From the NCBI RefSeq assembly GCF_006345805.1, contig NC_043001.1, forward strand, positions 46,872,001 through 46,936,000: a stretch of 64,000 nt of DNA, in the 5' to 3' direction. The position numbers and the translations under genes were made by a program. How positions within the stretch are numbered: position 1 is the first letter of the stretch; each line of letters opens with the position of its first letter. Positions 1-13,400 of this stretch are shown here, piece after piece. Below the pieces are notes generated by a model. It made no database searches, was not told where the DNA came from, and was given only the letters and a program-made list of their open reading frames with translations. Origin of the DNA: Octopus sinensis (taxonomy: Eukaryota).

Positions 1-386
1 ACCATTCTTACTGATAGTTACACTAGAATAAGTTGTTTACCATGAGATATTCCTTAATATGGCATGAAATTCTTTCAACAAAAATGATGCACCTATGACA
101 TAATAATCCAATCCTCAAGTGAGTCACTTTATTGTAATGATGTGACTCGTGCAAAGCTAATTTATACAGAATTGAATTAATGCTTCTTGGTCAACACACA
201 TCGCATGATGTATTCTGTATTTATAATAGACTTAATACTATCAGTGTCGAATTCTAATAACTGTGTAGGGGTGTAGAGTGTGACATGTTAATGACTTTAT
301 TGTAACATGATCTACTGCACATTTGGTCTATAGGAAAGTCCTGTGATTTATAATTCCCATGAAGCTAGTATTGTAGAGCATATTAA

Positions 387-613
387 CCCCTTACCCAACA
401 ATTATTTTGAAAATAAATGTATTTTTTCAGACATATTTTTTAATTGTTTTATTTTACATATACTCGTATATGTCAAAAAAGAGTTTATAATAGACGAAGG
501 AACTCGTTTGCTGTCGATTTTGGCGAGTCTATCTTTTGATGAATTAACTCGCCAGAAATAGAAAGAAACGATTTCGGTCAAAACGCATATATTCGTTTCT
601 GCCGGGTAAGGGG
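387..613. mobile_element. TTAA-flanked non-autonomous element (piggyBac-type MITE)
   Basis: TTAA(383-386)-CCCCTTACCC ... GGGTAAGGGG-TTAA(614-617): a perfect 10-bp TIR plus a TTAA target duplication, with no ORF. Confidence 0.8.
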
Positions 614-1861
614 TTAAAGAAAGAAAACATGGTGGTGACCTGCCTCTACTGTAACATGACTATTTGCAAAAGCAGCAAAGTGGTGAAAAGTTTTACACTT
701 TCTTACAACATATTGTAATTAACTTAAGTACAAAATGGCTTAGGTGTCCCAGCACAGCTGCAGTCTAGTAACTCCTTTCTTAATTGATACAAGGTCTTTA
801 CTGATTCAATCTATGATGCTTGCAGCAAACAGTTTTCAAAATAACACACAATAGAAGCTTTCATATTTACTCCTGTAAAAATGAGAGTTTTGATAACCCA
901 CTAAATTAAAGTCTTAATAATGAATGATAGTGATTTCAAAATTAGTGTTTGTAGTGACATTTGAAGTAAGATCTGGTCCACAATCCAACAAGTATACAAT
1001 ATAATAGTCATATAGTTAATAGGTTTTGAATTATTGTTGGTAGTAATTTTAGAATTAGTATTAGTAATGTTGGTAAAAGTAAGGGGTGGGCAATAGTTCA
1101 ACAAGTATGGGTTCTAGTAGTGAAATACTAGTTATTGGTAGTACTTTTAGAATTAATAATTGTAGGGGTGAGATCTACTTCTATAAACTCTACTCGTTAG
1201 ATGTGATAGTTTTAAAGTTAATTGTAGTAGCAATGATAAAAATGAGGGCCTCAAGTTAACAGTTGTATAGTTATTAGAAGTTAGAGGGTTTTTTGTTTTG
1301 TTTTTTAGTTAGTGATTGTAGAAATAGAGCTCTCCGAGAACATAACAGTGATGTTGTACTAGTCAGGAGTGGTAAATTTTACAGTAAATCAGAGCAAAGT
1401 TGTGTAAGTGAAGTCTGCTGTCATGTTTCAAGTAGATATGTGTGTGATTCATAACTTTGACCAACATGGAACTTTGCTACGTGTCACTGGTTGCCAGTGG
1501 GATTACAGTCATGATTGGAATATTATGTATGCAGCTTACTGTGTTGCTATAGAGACAGCAGAAGATTAATTGTTAAACATTCAGTAAGCCTTCATTACAA
1601 AATAACTGAACACACAGCTTGCAAAGTAATACTTGTTCAGTCACTTTTTTTAAAACAGGTGCTGCCCTCTCTCTTTCCAGTTACCACAATCTTGATATCT
1701 TCTTGGGTTAAGAGTGGGTGTCTATCTTTGTTCTTAACCACTCTTAAAATAATTAACAAGAGTGTAGTACATGTTGCCAAGTCATATATGTTTGTGAGTG
1801 ATGGCCTTGGTTATATATATTTATATATATTGTTTCTCTGAATGTGTGTGTGTGTGTCTGT

Positions 1862-2235
1862 TCTTTTATCTTTTACTTGTTTCAGTCACTTGACTGCAGC
1901 CTTGTTGGGGCACCACCTTGAAGGATTTTAATCAAGCAAATTGACCCTAGGATTTATTTTTTTGAAGCTTATTCTAATGATCTCTTTTGTTGAACCGCTG
2001 AGTTATGGAGGTGTAAACACATCACCACCAGCTGTGAAGCAGTGGTGTGGGACATACACAGACGTAGATATATACATACTTATATACAACAGGCCTCTTT
2101 TGGTTTCTGACTATGAAATCCACTCACAAGGCTTTGGTCAGCCCAAACTATAATTGAAGACACTTGCACAAGGTGCCACATTGAGACTGAACCTAGAACC
2201 ACATGGTTGAGAAGTAAAATTCTTACCACATGGCA
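1862..2235 (-). mobile_element. SINE family A (tRNA-like head, CORE-like ccttgggcaagt segment, GTAAAAGA tail)
   Basis: The same bipartite sequence recurs at about 9197-9560, 10688-11056 and 26918-27290, with partial copies at about 47330-47470, 56545-56700, 58560-58690 and 59370-59545. Confidence 0.8.
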
Positions 2236-2312
2236 GTTCATATATCCAAAACAGAAGCACATTTTAAAACATTTGAGCAGTAGTATATTTTTTTAGAAAG
2301 TTGATTGTTATG

Positions 2313-2427
2313 GCTGATCAGAGAATGACCATTGGTTTCGCTTAGCTGTATAGGTGACTTAGCAGACTCAAATCTGTACAGCTAAGCGCGTTATAGATGC
2401 AAAACCAATGGTCACTCTCTGATCAGC
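2313..2427. repeat. Short palindromic element / hairpin
   Basis: gctgatcagagaatgaccattggtttcgc...ttagctgtatag pairs with ctgtacagctaagcg...gcaaaaccaatggtcactctctgatcagc. Confidence 0.75.
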
Positions 2428-3338
2428 GCGCATGCACACACTCACACACACACACAGAGTGTTTCTGTGAATGTGGTGTATTTAGTGTCTCTAGTTACTA
2501 AATATTTCATGCTAGTATGTAGTAATTTGCATACAGAAATCTTCAACTATCACTGTTGTTGCTGAATTTACTGAAAATTGTTGTGATCAGCTTTCTAGAT
2601 ACTCACATGAATCTATGGTATGAATATAGCTTGAGATACTAAGTATATGATCTGTGAGAACATGTTGAGTACCTTAGGGTTTTTCATGAGAAAAACAACA
2701 AAACAAACTGTTTAACCACATGTTTTCTTCTTCCACAAGACACCTGCTCCCATCTCTTTGTTACACTTTCATAGCCTTCGATTGTGTACCCTACTCAATT
2801 GAAGGGCCTTGTTTTGTGGATATGAGGTAACCTCACCAGTGCTGGTGCCATGGAAAAAATGGCATTTAGTACACTCTGAAGTGGTTGATATTTGGAAGGA
2901 CATCCAGTGGTAGAAACCATGCCAAATCAGAAGCTGGAGCTCAGTGCATCCCCTCTGGTTTGTTAGTTCATGTTGAACTGTTCAATCCATTTGAGCATGG
3001 AAAAAGAAACATTAGATGATGATGAGGATAATGATGTGTGTGTATGTGTTTAATTTTTCTTTTAAAGTACCAAAACAATGCAAGTTATAAAATTAATACA
3101 GGTTGATGGTTTTACCTGGTATATCAATATTTCAGGATTTGGACCTCTTCTTCTGGTAATGTTGAGAGAAAAGGTGTTGTTAATTGAGTTTTCTGTCCTC
3201 AAAGACAGCCAAAGTCAACCAAAGATTTCCCAAAGATTTCCCTAATTCTGAAATATGGAAATACCAAGTAAAGATCATTGATCTGTATTAATTTTATAAG
3301 TTGGATTGTTTTGGCTTTTATAAAAAAAAATTAAAAAC

Positions 3339-3346
3339 ATATATAT

Positions 3347-3388
<42 letters not shown>

Positions 3389-3396
3389 ATATATAT
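3339..3396. repeat. (TA)n microsatellite
   Basis: Direct reading. Further (TA)n runs at about 3590-3630, 27113-27138, 27734-27766, 31974-32006, 35259-35302, 47581-47624 and 54832-54871. Confidence 0.9.
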
Positions 3397-3584
3397 TGGT
3401 ATTGTGATGTAAACAGGAAAAATAGAACTCAAAATATGAGTATTATTTTGAAGAAGCAACAGAGTGACTCAGTGTCCGAGAATTTTGTGCATTGGCATGT
3501 GATAAGTGTCAATGCACAAATCTCTTGAACCTTGAGTCATTCTGTTGCTTCTGCTAAAATTATAGTAGTAGTAGTAATAATAAT

Positions 3585-3628
<44 letters not shown>

Positions 3629-3845
3629 TACATATGAAACTATATATAAATGCTTCATGCAAACTATACTATACTCAATGTGTGCTGCGGCACTAGTAAC
3701 TCAGTTATTGTCTAAAACTCTAAGAAAACCGATGAGGTTAACATTGTGTTATTAATGACATATCATTTATGCTTGGTGGGGTGAGGGTAGTGGAGAAAAA
3801 TCAATTGTCTTTCTTCACAAAATAAATATTTCTATTTTTCTCCAG

Positions 3846-4019
3846 GTTCAAACCCCTGATAGAGATTTCACCAGCATTCCACTGGATGGTGATGCTAACC
3901 ATGCCTCGAAGAAGAAAGCACCCAAACGAGTTCTTCATTTTAGTGATGGTATCTTGGAGGAATATTCCACAGATGAAGAGGAACAACCAGAGGTGAAAAC
4001 CCAAACGACTCTAGATCCT
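3846..4019 (+). CDS. FAM177A1: FAM177A1-like coding exon (VQTP...TLDP)
   Basis: Acceptor tttttctccag, donor cct|gtaagt. 174 nt, phase 0/0. Encodes KKKAPKRVLHFSDGILEEYSTDEE. Confidence 0.93.
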
Positions 4020-4424
4020 GTAAGTTTTTCTTCACATTAGCATTTTGGTTTGGTTGTCTGCATTTTGGTGTGAGTGTGCAAGATGTTATACTGCTGGTTC
4101 ACAAGTCAGGAGTTCCATTTATTTGCATGTGGTTTGTTGAGTTTCTAGGCATTTTGAAGAGTTAGGAAATGGCTCTAGTCTGGAAATGCTTTAAAAGGTC
4201 ACAGACGTTATTCTTTCTCTTCTTCAACTTAACACTGAGAGAGAGTGAGAGAGAGGAAATGTCAGCTGGTGTGATGGACAAATAGGGATTGGTGAGAGAG
4301 CTGGTGTGAGGAAGAGGGAAAGGTGACAAGTGTTACGGAAAACAGGAGCAACTTGTCAGAACAAGATTTGAAAAATGTTGGTGTATGGAGGGAGGAAAAA
4401 CATTACTAACTTACAACACATATT

Positions 4425-4458
<34 letters not shown>

Positions 4459-7400
4459 CACACATGTACACACACTACACTGCTGGTTTATAGTGTGTGT
4501 GTGTATACATACACACATATACGCACATGTATATATAGAATACTGGTGAATCATTCCAATAAAAACAACAGCCTAATGGAAGCACAACAGACCAGATATT
4601 GTATGTGACAAGGAGCAAAAGTTATGCTCTGTTGTAGAGATCAACTGCATGATGTATGTAAATGTCTCATCAGTTTGTTTCTTGCTGGGAAATACATGCT
4701 ACCAAGTTTTCTGGGAAAAGTTGCCTATTTTACTACCCAAGGCTGTCGTATTCTCTCATCTGCATAAATTGGAACTAAACTTTAGAGATATGGCTACTTG
4801 TAATTCATAAAACCAGTTTTTCTTTTTTTTTTTTTTTTGTATTTAACTATTTAATGCCATGGAAACATGGCAATAATGATATACAACATAAGTTATAAAT
4901 TCTTTTGAATAACTTTGTGAGAGGAGGAGAGGGAGCATGAACCAGGCAACAGGTTAAGTTTCCCCTCTAAGAGCAGGAACAAAACTCCCAATGATGTTTA
5001 ACCCCAAGTCAACTCTGATATAGCAGATCTATGATCAAAGGCTTTCCAGCCATGAACCTTCTGTCTTTTTTTTTTTTATATTTAGGACTATATTACTCAA
5101 TTTGTCCTTCCTTTTGTAAGGCAGTAAAGTGTGATTTTTTTTGCTATTTCTAATAGAGTAAACATGTAGAAATATGTAATTAAAAACAGCTTGTAATATT
5201 TGGTTATGTTCCTTTATGTTTCAAGCCCTGAATTCCCACTCAAGTTGCCTTTTGCTTTTCATCCTTCCAAGGTTGCTAAAATAATTAACAGTTCATTAAG
5301 TTTGGTGTTGGTATACTTGACTGTATCTTTGAAGCTGGTACTTCAGCATGGCAATAGTCCAGTGACTGCAACCATTAAAAGAACACACTATATCTACTAA
5401 ATTAAAAAAAAAAAAATCATGGCTTTGTTAGAGAAAGCAAAGGAGCATCCATACATCTTGCAGGATCCCTCAGACCAGTAACCTAGCCCACAGGCTTACT
5501 ACACAATGTGCTCTGTTAAAGACATAGTTGTCAGATGGTTGTGTTAAGCTGATCAATGGGTTAAGTTTACTAACCAAGAGATACTAGTAGTTGCACACTG
5601 TAAAGTGGTTGACATTAAAGTCATCAGCTGTAGAAATCTTGCCAAACAGACATTGAAGCACGACACAGCCCTTGGGCCCATTGGATCCTGTTGAGCCATC
5701 TAACCTATGCCAGCATGAAATATGGACATTAAATGATGATGATGATGATGATCCTCCTCCTCCAATCTGTGATTTAAAAATAACAAAAGGAAAAATCAAG
5801 AAGGGGGAAAGAGAAAAAAATCTCTCTTATAGTATGAAAATGTAAAATTCTACATAAAATTAATCCTACCCATGTTAGTATCAAGAAACATGTAGGAAGT
5901 AGTAAATGCTAAAGCCTTAAAAATTATCATATCCTATTATTTCTGACATTTTACAAATAGCAAAATGAAATATTGATGGGAGGGAGGTGTAATTTGTTTG
6001 CTCTGTAAACTAACTCATTTTTAGTGTTTTGACTATCTACTTCTCCTACTTAGTGTTTATCTGTGAAGCCAGGGTTGAATGTGTTGTTAATTGAACAAAC
6101 TGAGGCAAAACAGAGTTATGAATCTTTCCAAATAGACAAAATGTGTCAAGGGCCAGTACCTCATATGTTCAGACTGAAGCTGTTGCAGCTTCTTAACTCT
6201 TACACATACCATGAATTCTTGAGGGGTGAATGTGTGTGTGTCTGTGTGTAAAAGTCTATTGCTACAAGTCAGTTAATATAATATTTAAAAAATCAATTTC
6301 TGTTGTAGCGCCGTGTAAATGTGGTAAGTATTGAACCAGCACTGCTTCTGTTGGGATGACTTCCATAGAGGACCTTCTTAGAATTAGTTTCTTCCTCTTT
6401 TTTTCTTTTCTAGCATATTCTCATCTTCTTCATGGATACTGTAACAAGTAATAACAGCACTAACTTTTCTCTGAATTCATTTGTACCACAGCAACTTCAT
6501 ATGTGCTTTATACATATATACCTCTATTGATATGTGCTTTATATATGTATGTATATATATTTCATATATATATATATATATGTCTGATTTATGTATCTAT
6601 ATAATTTGCTTTGTATGCATTTGTGTATATGTATTTATATAGCTTTGTATAGACATATGTATGTGCACATGTATATTATTTTTTGTAATGTGTATGTGTA
6701 TACATGCATAAATGCTTATATATTTATACATAAGTACACACATGCACACACATACTGTGTTTCAAAAAAATAACCCCAAAACTTGGAATGTGTCTGATAA
6801 CTAAGTTTAAAAGTTGGTTGTTGATAATAATACCTAACCATCTAAATTTAATTTGGAATTTAACATTATTGGCAGAACAGTTCTCCAAAATAAAATAAAT
6901 ATGTGTGAGAAAATATTTTGACAAAGGAACTGCCCAAAACATTATGCATATTCCATTTTGTAAATTCCACTGATCTGTTAATTGTCAATGTAGATCACCA
7001 ATGGTTTCATCAGATCCTTTATATTTTTTTTACATTGCTCTCCCTTGGACTCCATCTTTTGATTTTATGTTTATATATTACTAGCAGTATTGCCCGGCAT
7101 TGCTCGGTTTTGTTTAGACCCTTTAGAATTGGAATTTTTGAAAAGTAAAAATTTTGCATTATGTAGCTTGTTATTCTCTTTAAGTGAACATTTTTCTGGT
7201 TGAAATACACCGAAAAATGGCGACACAGCAGTAAATAAAATCATAAAAAATAGGGATTTTCATAGAAAAAAAAGCACCTTTTTGATGTAAATAATTTTTG
7301 GTGTTAACATAGTCCGATTTGAATTTTTTTCTTCTACGGAAGGAAGAGCAAGCCTTCTTCTATCATACTCTCAATTTTGGTCGACTTGCGCCACAGGGTC

Positions 7401-10400
7401 TCGGAGGAGATAGTGTTAGTTGAAGGCTACCAAACTTGCCATACACAGACAACTTCAGTTTTATATATATAGAGAGATATATAGGGTAATAAAAATATGT
7501 GTAGTTATTAAATTATCAAGACTAACAGTTTGTACAAACGTTGGTTCTAGGGCTTATTATGTAACTGCCTGATATTACACTAACACTGCTACATTCATAC
7601 TGCTACTCTCACATACCAATTAGCTGTCTGCTTTCTCTTTTAAAATATTGTGGAGCGCTCTTTTCAAGTTTCTTGCTGGTCATCTTTTCGCCTGTCTAGT
7701 CTTGCTCTACCTAACTTTTATCTTCTCATCTCATTTCTCTCACTTTTTCTCTTTCAACTTTTTTTTTTAATCTTATAGAAATAAATATTTGTCTTCATTG
7801 ACTGCAGGGTTTGAAGATGTTGGGCTACTGACTAGAAGTTCATGAGTTCAAATGTTGCTACAATAGAACACAGCAAGGTTACCTGTTTGTTGTAATGTAA
7901 ATAATGGTACCACTTCCACATTATATTTAGTTAGTGGTTATCAAGGGATGCATTTGGTTGGGAAGGAAATGCCTCAGCTTTAAATGTCTGTACTTCTATA
8001 AATAATGTGATTTTTTTCAATTGCATGAATTAAAAGTCTGAGAGGGACAGGATAAACTACCTGCATCAACTTGCTATAAAAGCAGGTAGTAATTTTACCT
8101 TGTACTTATTCATTAGTGCAAGTTTTGAAGAGTGTAGTTCAATTTTAACAGTTATTTTTTCAAAGCTATAATGGAAGTGACAAAGGAGCAAATTTGGCAT
8201 ATTTTACTTTATGAATTCAATAAAGGCAACAACGCAACGGAAAATGCGAGGAATATTAATACAGTATATGGGGATCGGACAATAAGCATAAACCAGTGTC
8301 AACAGTGGTTCCAGAAATTCTGGGCCAGAAACTACAGCCTAGAACATCTGTAGAGCTTGACGAGGACATCCTGCAAACCTTGGTGGAGCAAAATCCCATT
8401 GTAACTGTTGAGGAACTAGCAGAGAAGCTTGGATTTGGTCATTCAATCATTCATCGACACCAGCATGGCATTAAAAAAGTCAGCAAATTGGGTCTGTGGG
8501 TTCCTCACAAACTTTCTGAGTTTAATTGTATGCAGAGAGTAAATGCGTGCTCTTCTTTGCTGTCAGATCTCACAAATGAACTTTTGTTTGGACTGAATAG
8601 TGACTGGTGATGAGAAATGTGTTCTCTATAAAAATGTCAAGCGTCGAAGACAGTGAGTAGGAAAAGGAGAAACACCAGCACCCCAGGCTAAAGAAGGTCT
8701 TCATCCACATAAGGTGTTGTTATCTGTTTGGTAGGATATGAAAGGTTTAGCCTACTTTGAACTTTTAAACCCAAGCCAAATGATAACAAAGGAAATCTAC
8801 TGTGAGCAGCTGGAGTGGCTTAAGTCAGCGCTAGAAGAAAAACGACCATCTTTGGTTTCAAAATAAAAAGGTGTTCTTCCATCAGGATAATGCTCAGCCA
8901 CATATAGCGAGGATGACATTCCAAAGGCTGGAGCAGTTTAAATGGGAAACGATGCTCCACCCACCATATTCATAATAATAATGATAATAATGACAACGAC
9001 GAAAAATACCTTAGGAATGTGAACCTAGGTTCGAAATTTTCCCAAGACACCTGATGAAGGCTGGAGGGTATATCAGCTGAAATGTTAGGTGTTAACAACA
9101 AACAAGATGAGGACAAATATCCATCAAAAGTAAATAATGTACATAATTCCTCATCTCTTAAATATAGAACTTTATTAAAAAAGAACTTTGTTTATACTCT
9201 CTTTTACTTGTTTCAGTCATTTGATTGTGGCCATGTTGGAGTGCCACCTTTAGTCGAATACATCGACCCCAGGACTTATTCTTTCTAAACCTAGTACTTA
9301 TTCTATTGGTCTCTTTTGCCAAACCACTAAGTTACAGGGTTGTCAAGTGATGTTGGGTGGGGACAAACACAGACACACAAACATATGCATATATACAACT
9401 GGTTTCTTTCAGTTTCCGTCTACTAAATCCCCTCAGAAGGCTTTGGTCAGTCCGAGGCTATAGTAGAAGACACTTGCCCAAGGTGCCACGCAGTGGAACT
9501 GGACCCGGAACCATGTGGTTTGTAAGCAAGCTACTTACCACACAACCACTCCTATGCCTAATTTTGAAAAATAAAAGAAGTATAAAAAAACCACATTATT
9601 CATGGGATGACCCAATTTATTGCAGCTCCTATTTTTAATTTGTTTGGCTTATTTCTTGTAAACAAACCTAGTTATCCATTGACTCAGCCAGCCTTACTGG
9701 TAAACAAGTATTACTTTTGTGCAAAATAGGTTCTACTTACACTTCACAGCTGAGTGGTTAACAGTAAGGGCAATTGCGATATCAATCACAGGGATAATTC
9801 AAATTGAAATTCAAGAACAAAACATTATAGATACAGGCAATCATCATCACCATCATTTTAACATCCATTTTCCATGCTTGTATGGATAGAATGGAGTCTA
9901 TTGAATATAATGATTGGTGGTTTTTAAAATGTTTTATTCAAAAGCATAATCAAAATCAAATTCGATGACTGGTGTCCGTGCTAGCAGGTTGCAAAGAGCA
10001 CCATATGAGCGTGATCATTGACAGAGCGACTAACCGGCTTCCGTACCAGTGGCACTTAAAGGGCACCATTTAAGCGTGATCGTTACCAGAGTCACCTTAC
10101 TGGCACTTGTGCCTGTGCTAGTAGGGTGCCAAGAGCACCATCCGAGCGTGATCATTGTCAGAGCAGCCAACTGGCTTCTGTGCCAGTGGCACGTAAAAAG
10201 TACCCACTACACTCTCGGAGTGGTTGGTGTTAGGAAGGGCATCCAGCTGTAGAAACTCTGCCAAATCAAGATTGGAGCCTGGTACAGCCATCTGGTTCGT
10301 CAGCCCTCAGTCAAAATCGTCCAACCCATGCTTGCATGGAAAGCAAACGTTAAACGATGATGATGATGATCTAAAGTTCTGTAATCTAAGTTGAAACCCT

Positions 10401-13400
10401 GCCACTTAAATCAATGTTGTATATGTCTCTAGACATGGCATCTTACTCCATATCTTGTGGTCTGATATAGGCAGAAATTTGGTACATTGTGTGCTACCAT
10501 GAAATGTTGTGGGAGAGATAAGCATTTGGGTGGTAAAAACATGCTGTAACAGTTCTTGCAAGAGTCTGAAATTACAGAACCATCCAACCCACTTTCAGCT
10601 TAGTTCCTCTAGTTAGTGTTCAGAAAGTAGCATGTTACATAAATTCAGTTTAGCAGGAATCTCTTCTTACCTCTCATGTTTCTATTCTTTTATTCTTTTA
10701 CTTGTTTCAATCATTTGACTGTGGCCATGCTGGAGCATTGCCTTTAGTCGAACAAAGCAACCCCAGGACTTATTCTATCAGTCCTTTTTGCCGAACTGTT
10801 AAGTTATGGGGGTGTAAACACACTGACATCGGTTGTCAAACGATGGGGGGGATGACAAACACAGAAACACAAATATATACATATATATATATTATATACA
10901 ATGGGCTTTTTCCAGTTTCCATTTACCAAATCCACTCACAAGACTTTTGTTGGCCTGAAGCTATAGTGGAAGACACTTGCCCAAGGTCCTACACAGTGGG
11001 ACTGAACCCAGACCCATGTGGTTGGGAAGCAAGCTTCTTACCACACAGCCATGCCTTAATTTCTTTCTCTTTATCTCTTCTGCTTGAAACTGATTAAATT
11101 CAGCCATCATAGTAAAAGAGTTTTATTCATTCAAACCAGACTATGCTCTTACTTCTTGGTGCATTACCTTTCTATGGTTGTAGAAAAATCTTTCAGCACA
11201 TCATTCTCGCAATTGGGTTTTTCTTAATATCATCATTTCATCATTTTTAACATGAATATATTAATATCATTTAACAGGATTTGTATAATGAATGTTGTTT
11301 AGTCGTTTTCTAAGTTTAAAAGCCTTATATCTTTGCATCAACGGATAACCTATTGACTCTTTACCTGTTTATGCATCTTGGAATCATTGCTATTGTCTGT
11401 ATATCTCAGCATTTTCATAATTTCTACATGCAGAAAATAATTTTTTTGTTAATATAATCCATTCAGAAACAAAATTATAAATGTAATTATGATTATTTAT
11501 TTGAAATAATTGATTGCAAAAGACTTCAGTTAGTCTTCAAAAGAAAAAATAATGAAATGTTTCAGAAGAAATTATTAGCTTTTAAGAGTTTATCAATTCT
11601 TTGTGAAGAATAGTTTTTATAATGTAAAACATTTGTTACTCTATAAATACTTGCATTTAATCAAAATCGAAAACCCAACTATTTGTACCTTTTTAAGCAA
11701 TATTTGCATGGTACACACCTAATCCCCAATTTGATAGCATGAAATCAGGGAAGTTTGTTTCAGCTTCCTTTAGTGTTCTTTAAAAACAACATTCAAACAT
11801 GTTATCCAACTTTAAATATCAACACTAAAAAAAGATTAAAAAAATTTTCTTGTAAATCATATTCCAAAATAAGTTTTACTGCACTTTATATAAACTTGTT
11901 TCTATAATTTGCAAATCTATCCAACCTATCACATTTGTCATAAAGTAGAAGGTAAGCTCACAGTAACCCATGTTTGTAAAACAGTTTTTGATTCTTGGAT
12001 TGTAACTACTTTATTTCACTTCCATTCTACATTGAAAGCACAACACTGTCAAAACTCCCATTTTCTTGTGTTCTAAGGCCTATTCATTTCCTGCCTGTCA
12101 GGTGAAGACAATAGAATATCATTCCAGTATGTTTTTGCTAGAATACTGTACTCAGATGGTCAGAAGCAATGTTTTGAAACACATGTATTTTAAGGAAGAA
12201 TGAAATCTTTGCCAGAATAGTCAGTTTGATATAAAATATCAAAATCATTTTCAGTTTTATTTCCCTAATAACCAGCACAAAATCTGAAAGAAATATTTGT
12301 TGGTATTTTCCCAAAGTGGATTGTCATAATTAAAGAAATAGCTGTCCTCATTGGAAGTAATAGTGCATGATAAGATTAGTAAGGCTTGCTTAACCTTTTC
12401 ATGACCATATTTCTATTGAAATAAAATGGCAATGTGTTTCAATTAACTTTGAAAAATAATCAAGAATTTGGGTTAGATTTAATAAAACAGCTAATTTTTT
12501 TCATTAAATGGTTGTCAAGGTTGGTTTACATAAGATTATGATGGAAAATTTGTATTAAATACAAACATTTATAAACAGGCAGTTTTGTTTCACAGAAAGA
12601 GAGTTGGTTCAAGGTGGACTGATATAAGAGCGTTTACGTAAGAGCCACATATAAACTTTAGTTATTTGAAATCCACAAGTCATAATTGTCATAATAAACA
12701 TTGAACTTATATTCCAATGCAGTGGACTCTAGTGAACAATTACAAAACTTGAAGCATTTTTAAAATCTTCATTTTATTTATATTGAACTGCAAAAAATAG
12801 GTTAGCTACAATAAATTTGGAAGTTACAATAACATGTCACTCATATGTGGCTCAAAGACCACAGTTTGATCACCTTGGGTATTTGGACTGGCAAAGCATT
12901 AACTGGAAATATTAAAATCTTCCTATTAGAATTGTTCTAAAAGCTATAATTCTAAAGGTCAGGTTTTTCAGGTAACATACTTTTATATTTGATAAATAAA
13001 TGCTAATTTGTACCATGATGGAGCTCATCTAGGAAGGAGGAAGATGGAACAAAACTATTCTCTATTCATATTGGAGCTATGTCGTTTGAAATAATTGAAC
13101 TTAAACATTTGTATGATTAATTTTATAGGTTAAAATGAATTAAAGTAATAAATAAAAGTTCTTGTTTTCCCTTTCACGAAATCAAACAGATCATTATCTC
13201 ACTTGCTGGCAAATTGAATATCTGTCATCTTCCTGCAAAAGTTTAAAGATAAAGAGATTTTAAAAAATAAAGCATATTGCTATCTTCATTTTTTGCTTGG
13301 TTGTGTTTTGGCAGATTTCTATTTATCTTGAGATAGTACCATCTCGTCTGTGAAGTTTGATATCTTTAAACCTGATTTCATCATTTCTTTTGGTGTTGTC

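Noticed and set aside
3255-3272. ATGGAAATACCAA|GTAAAG as the FAM177A1 first exon
   Set aside because: It gives phase 1, but the next exon needs phase 0.
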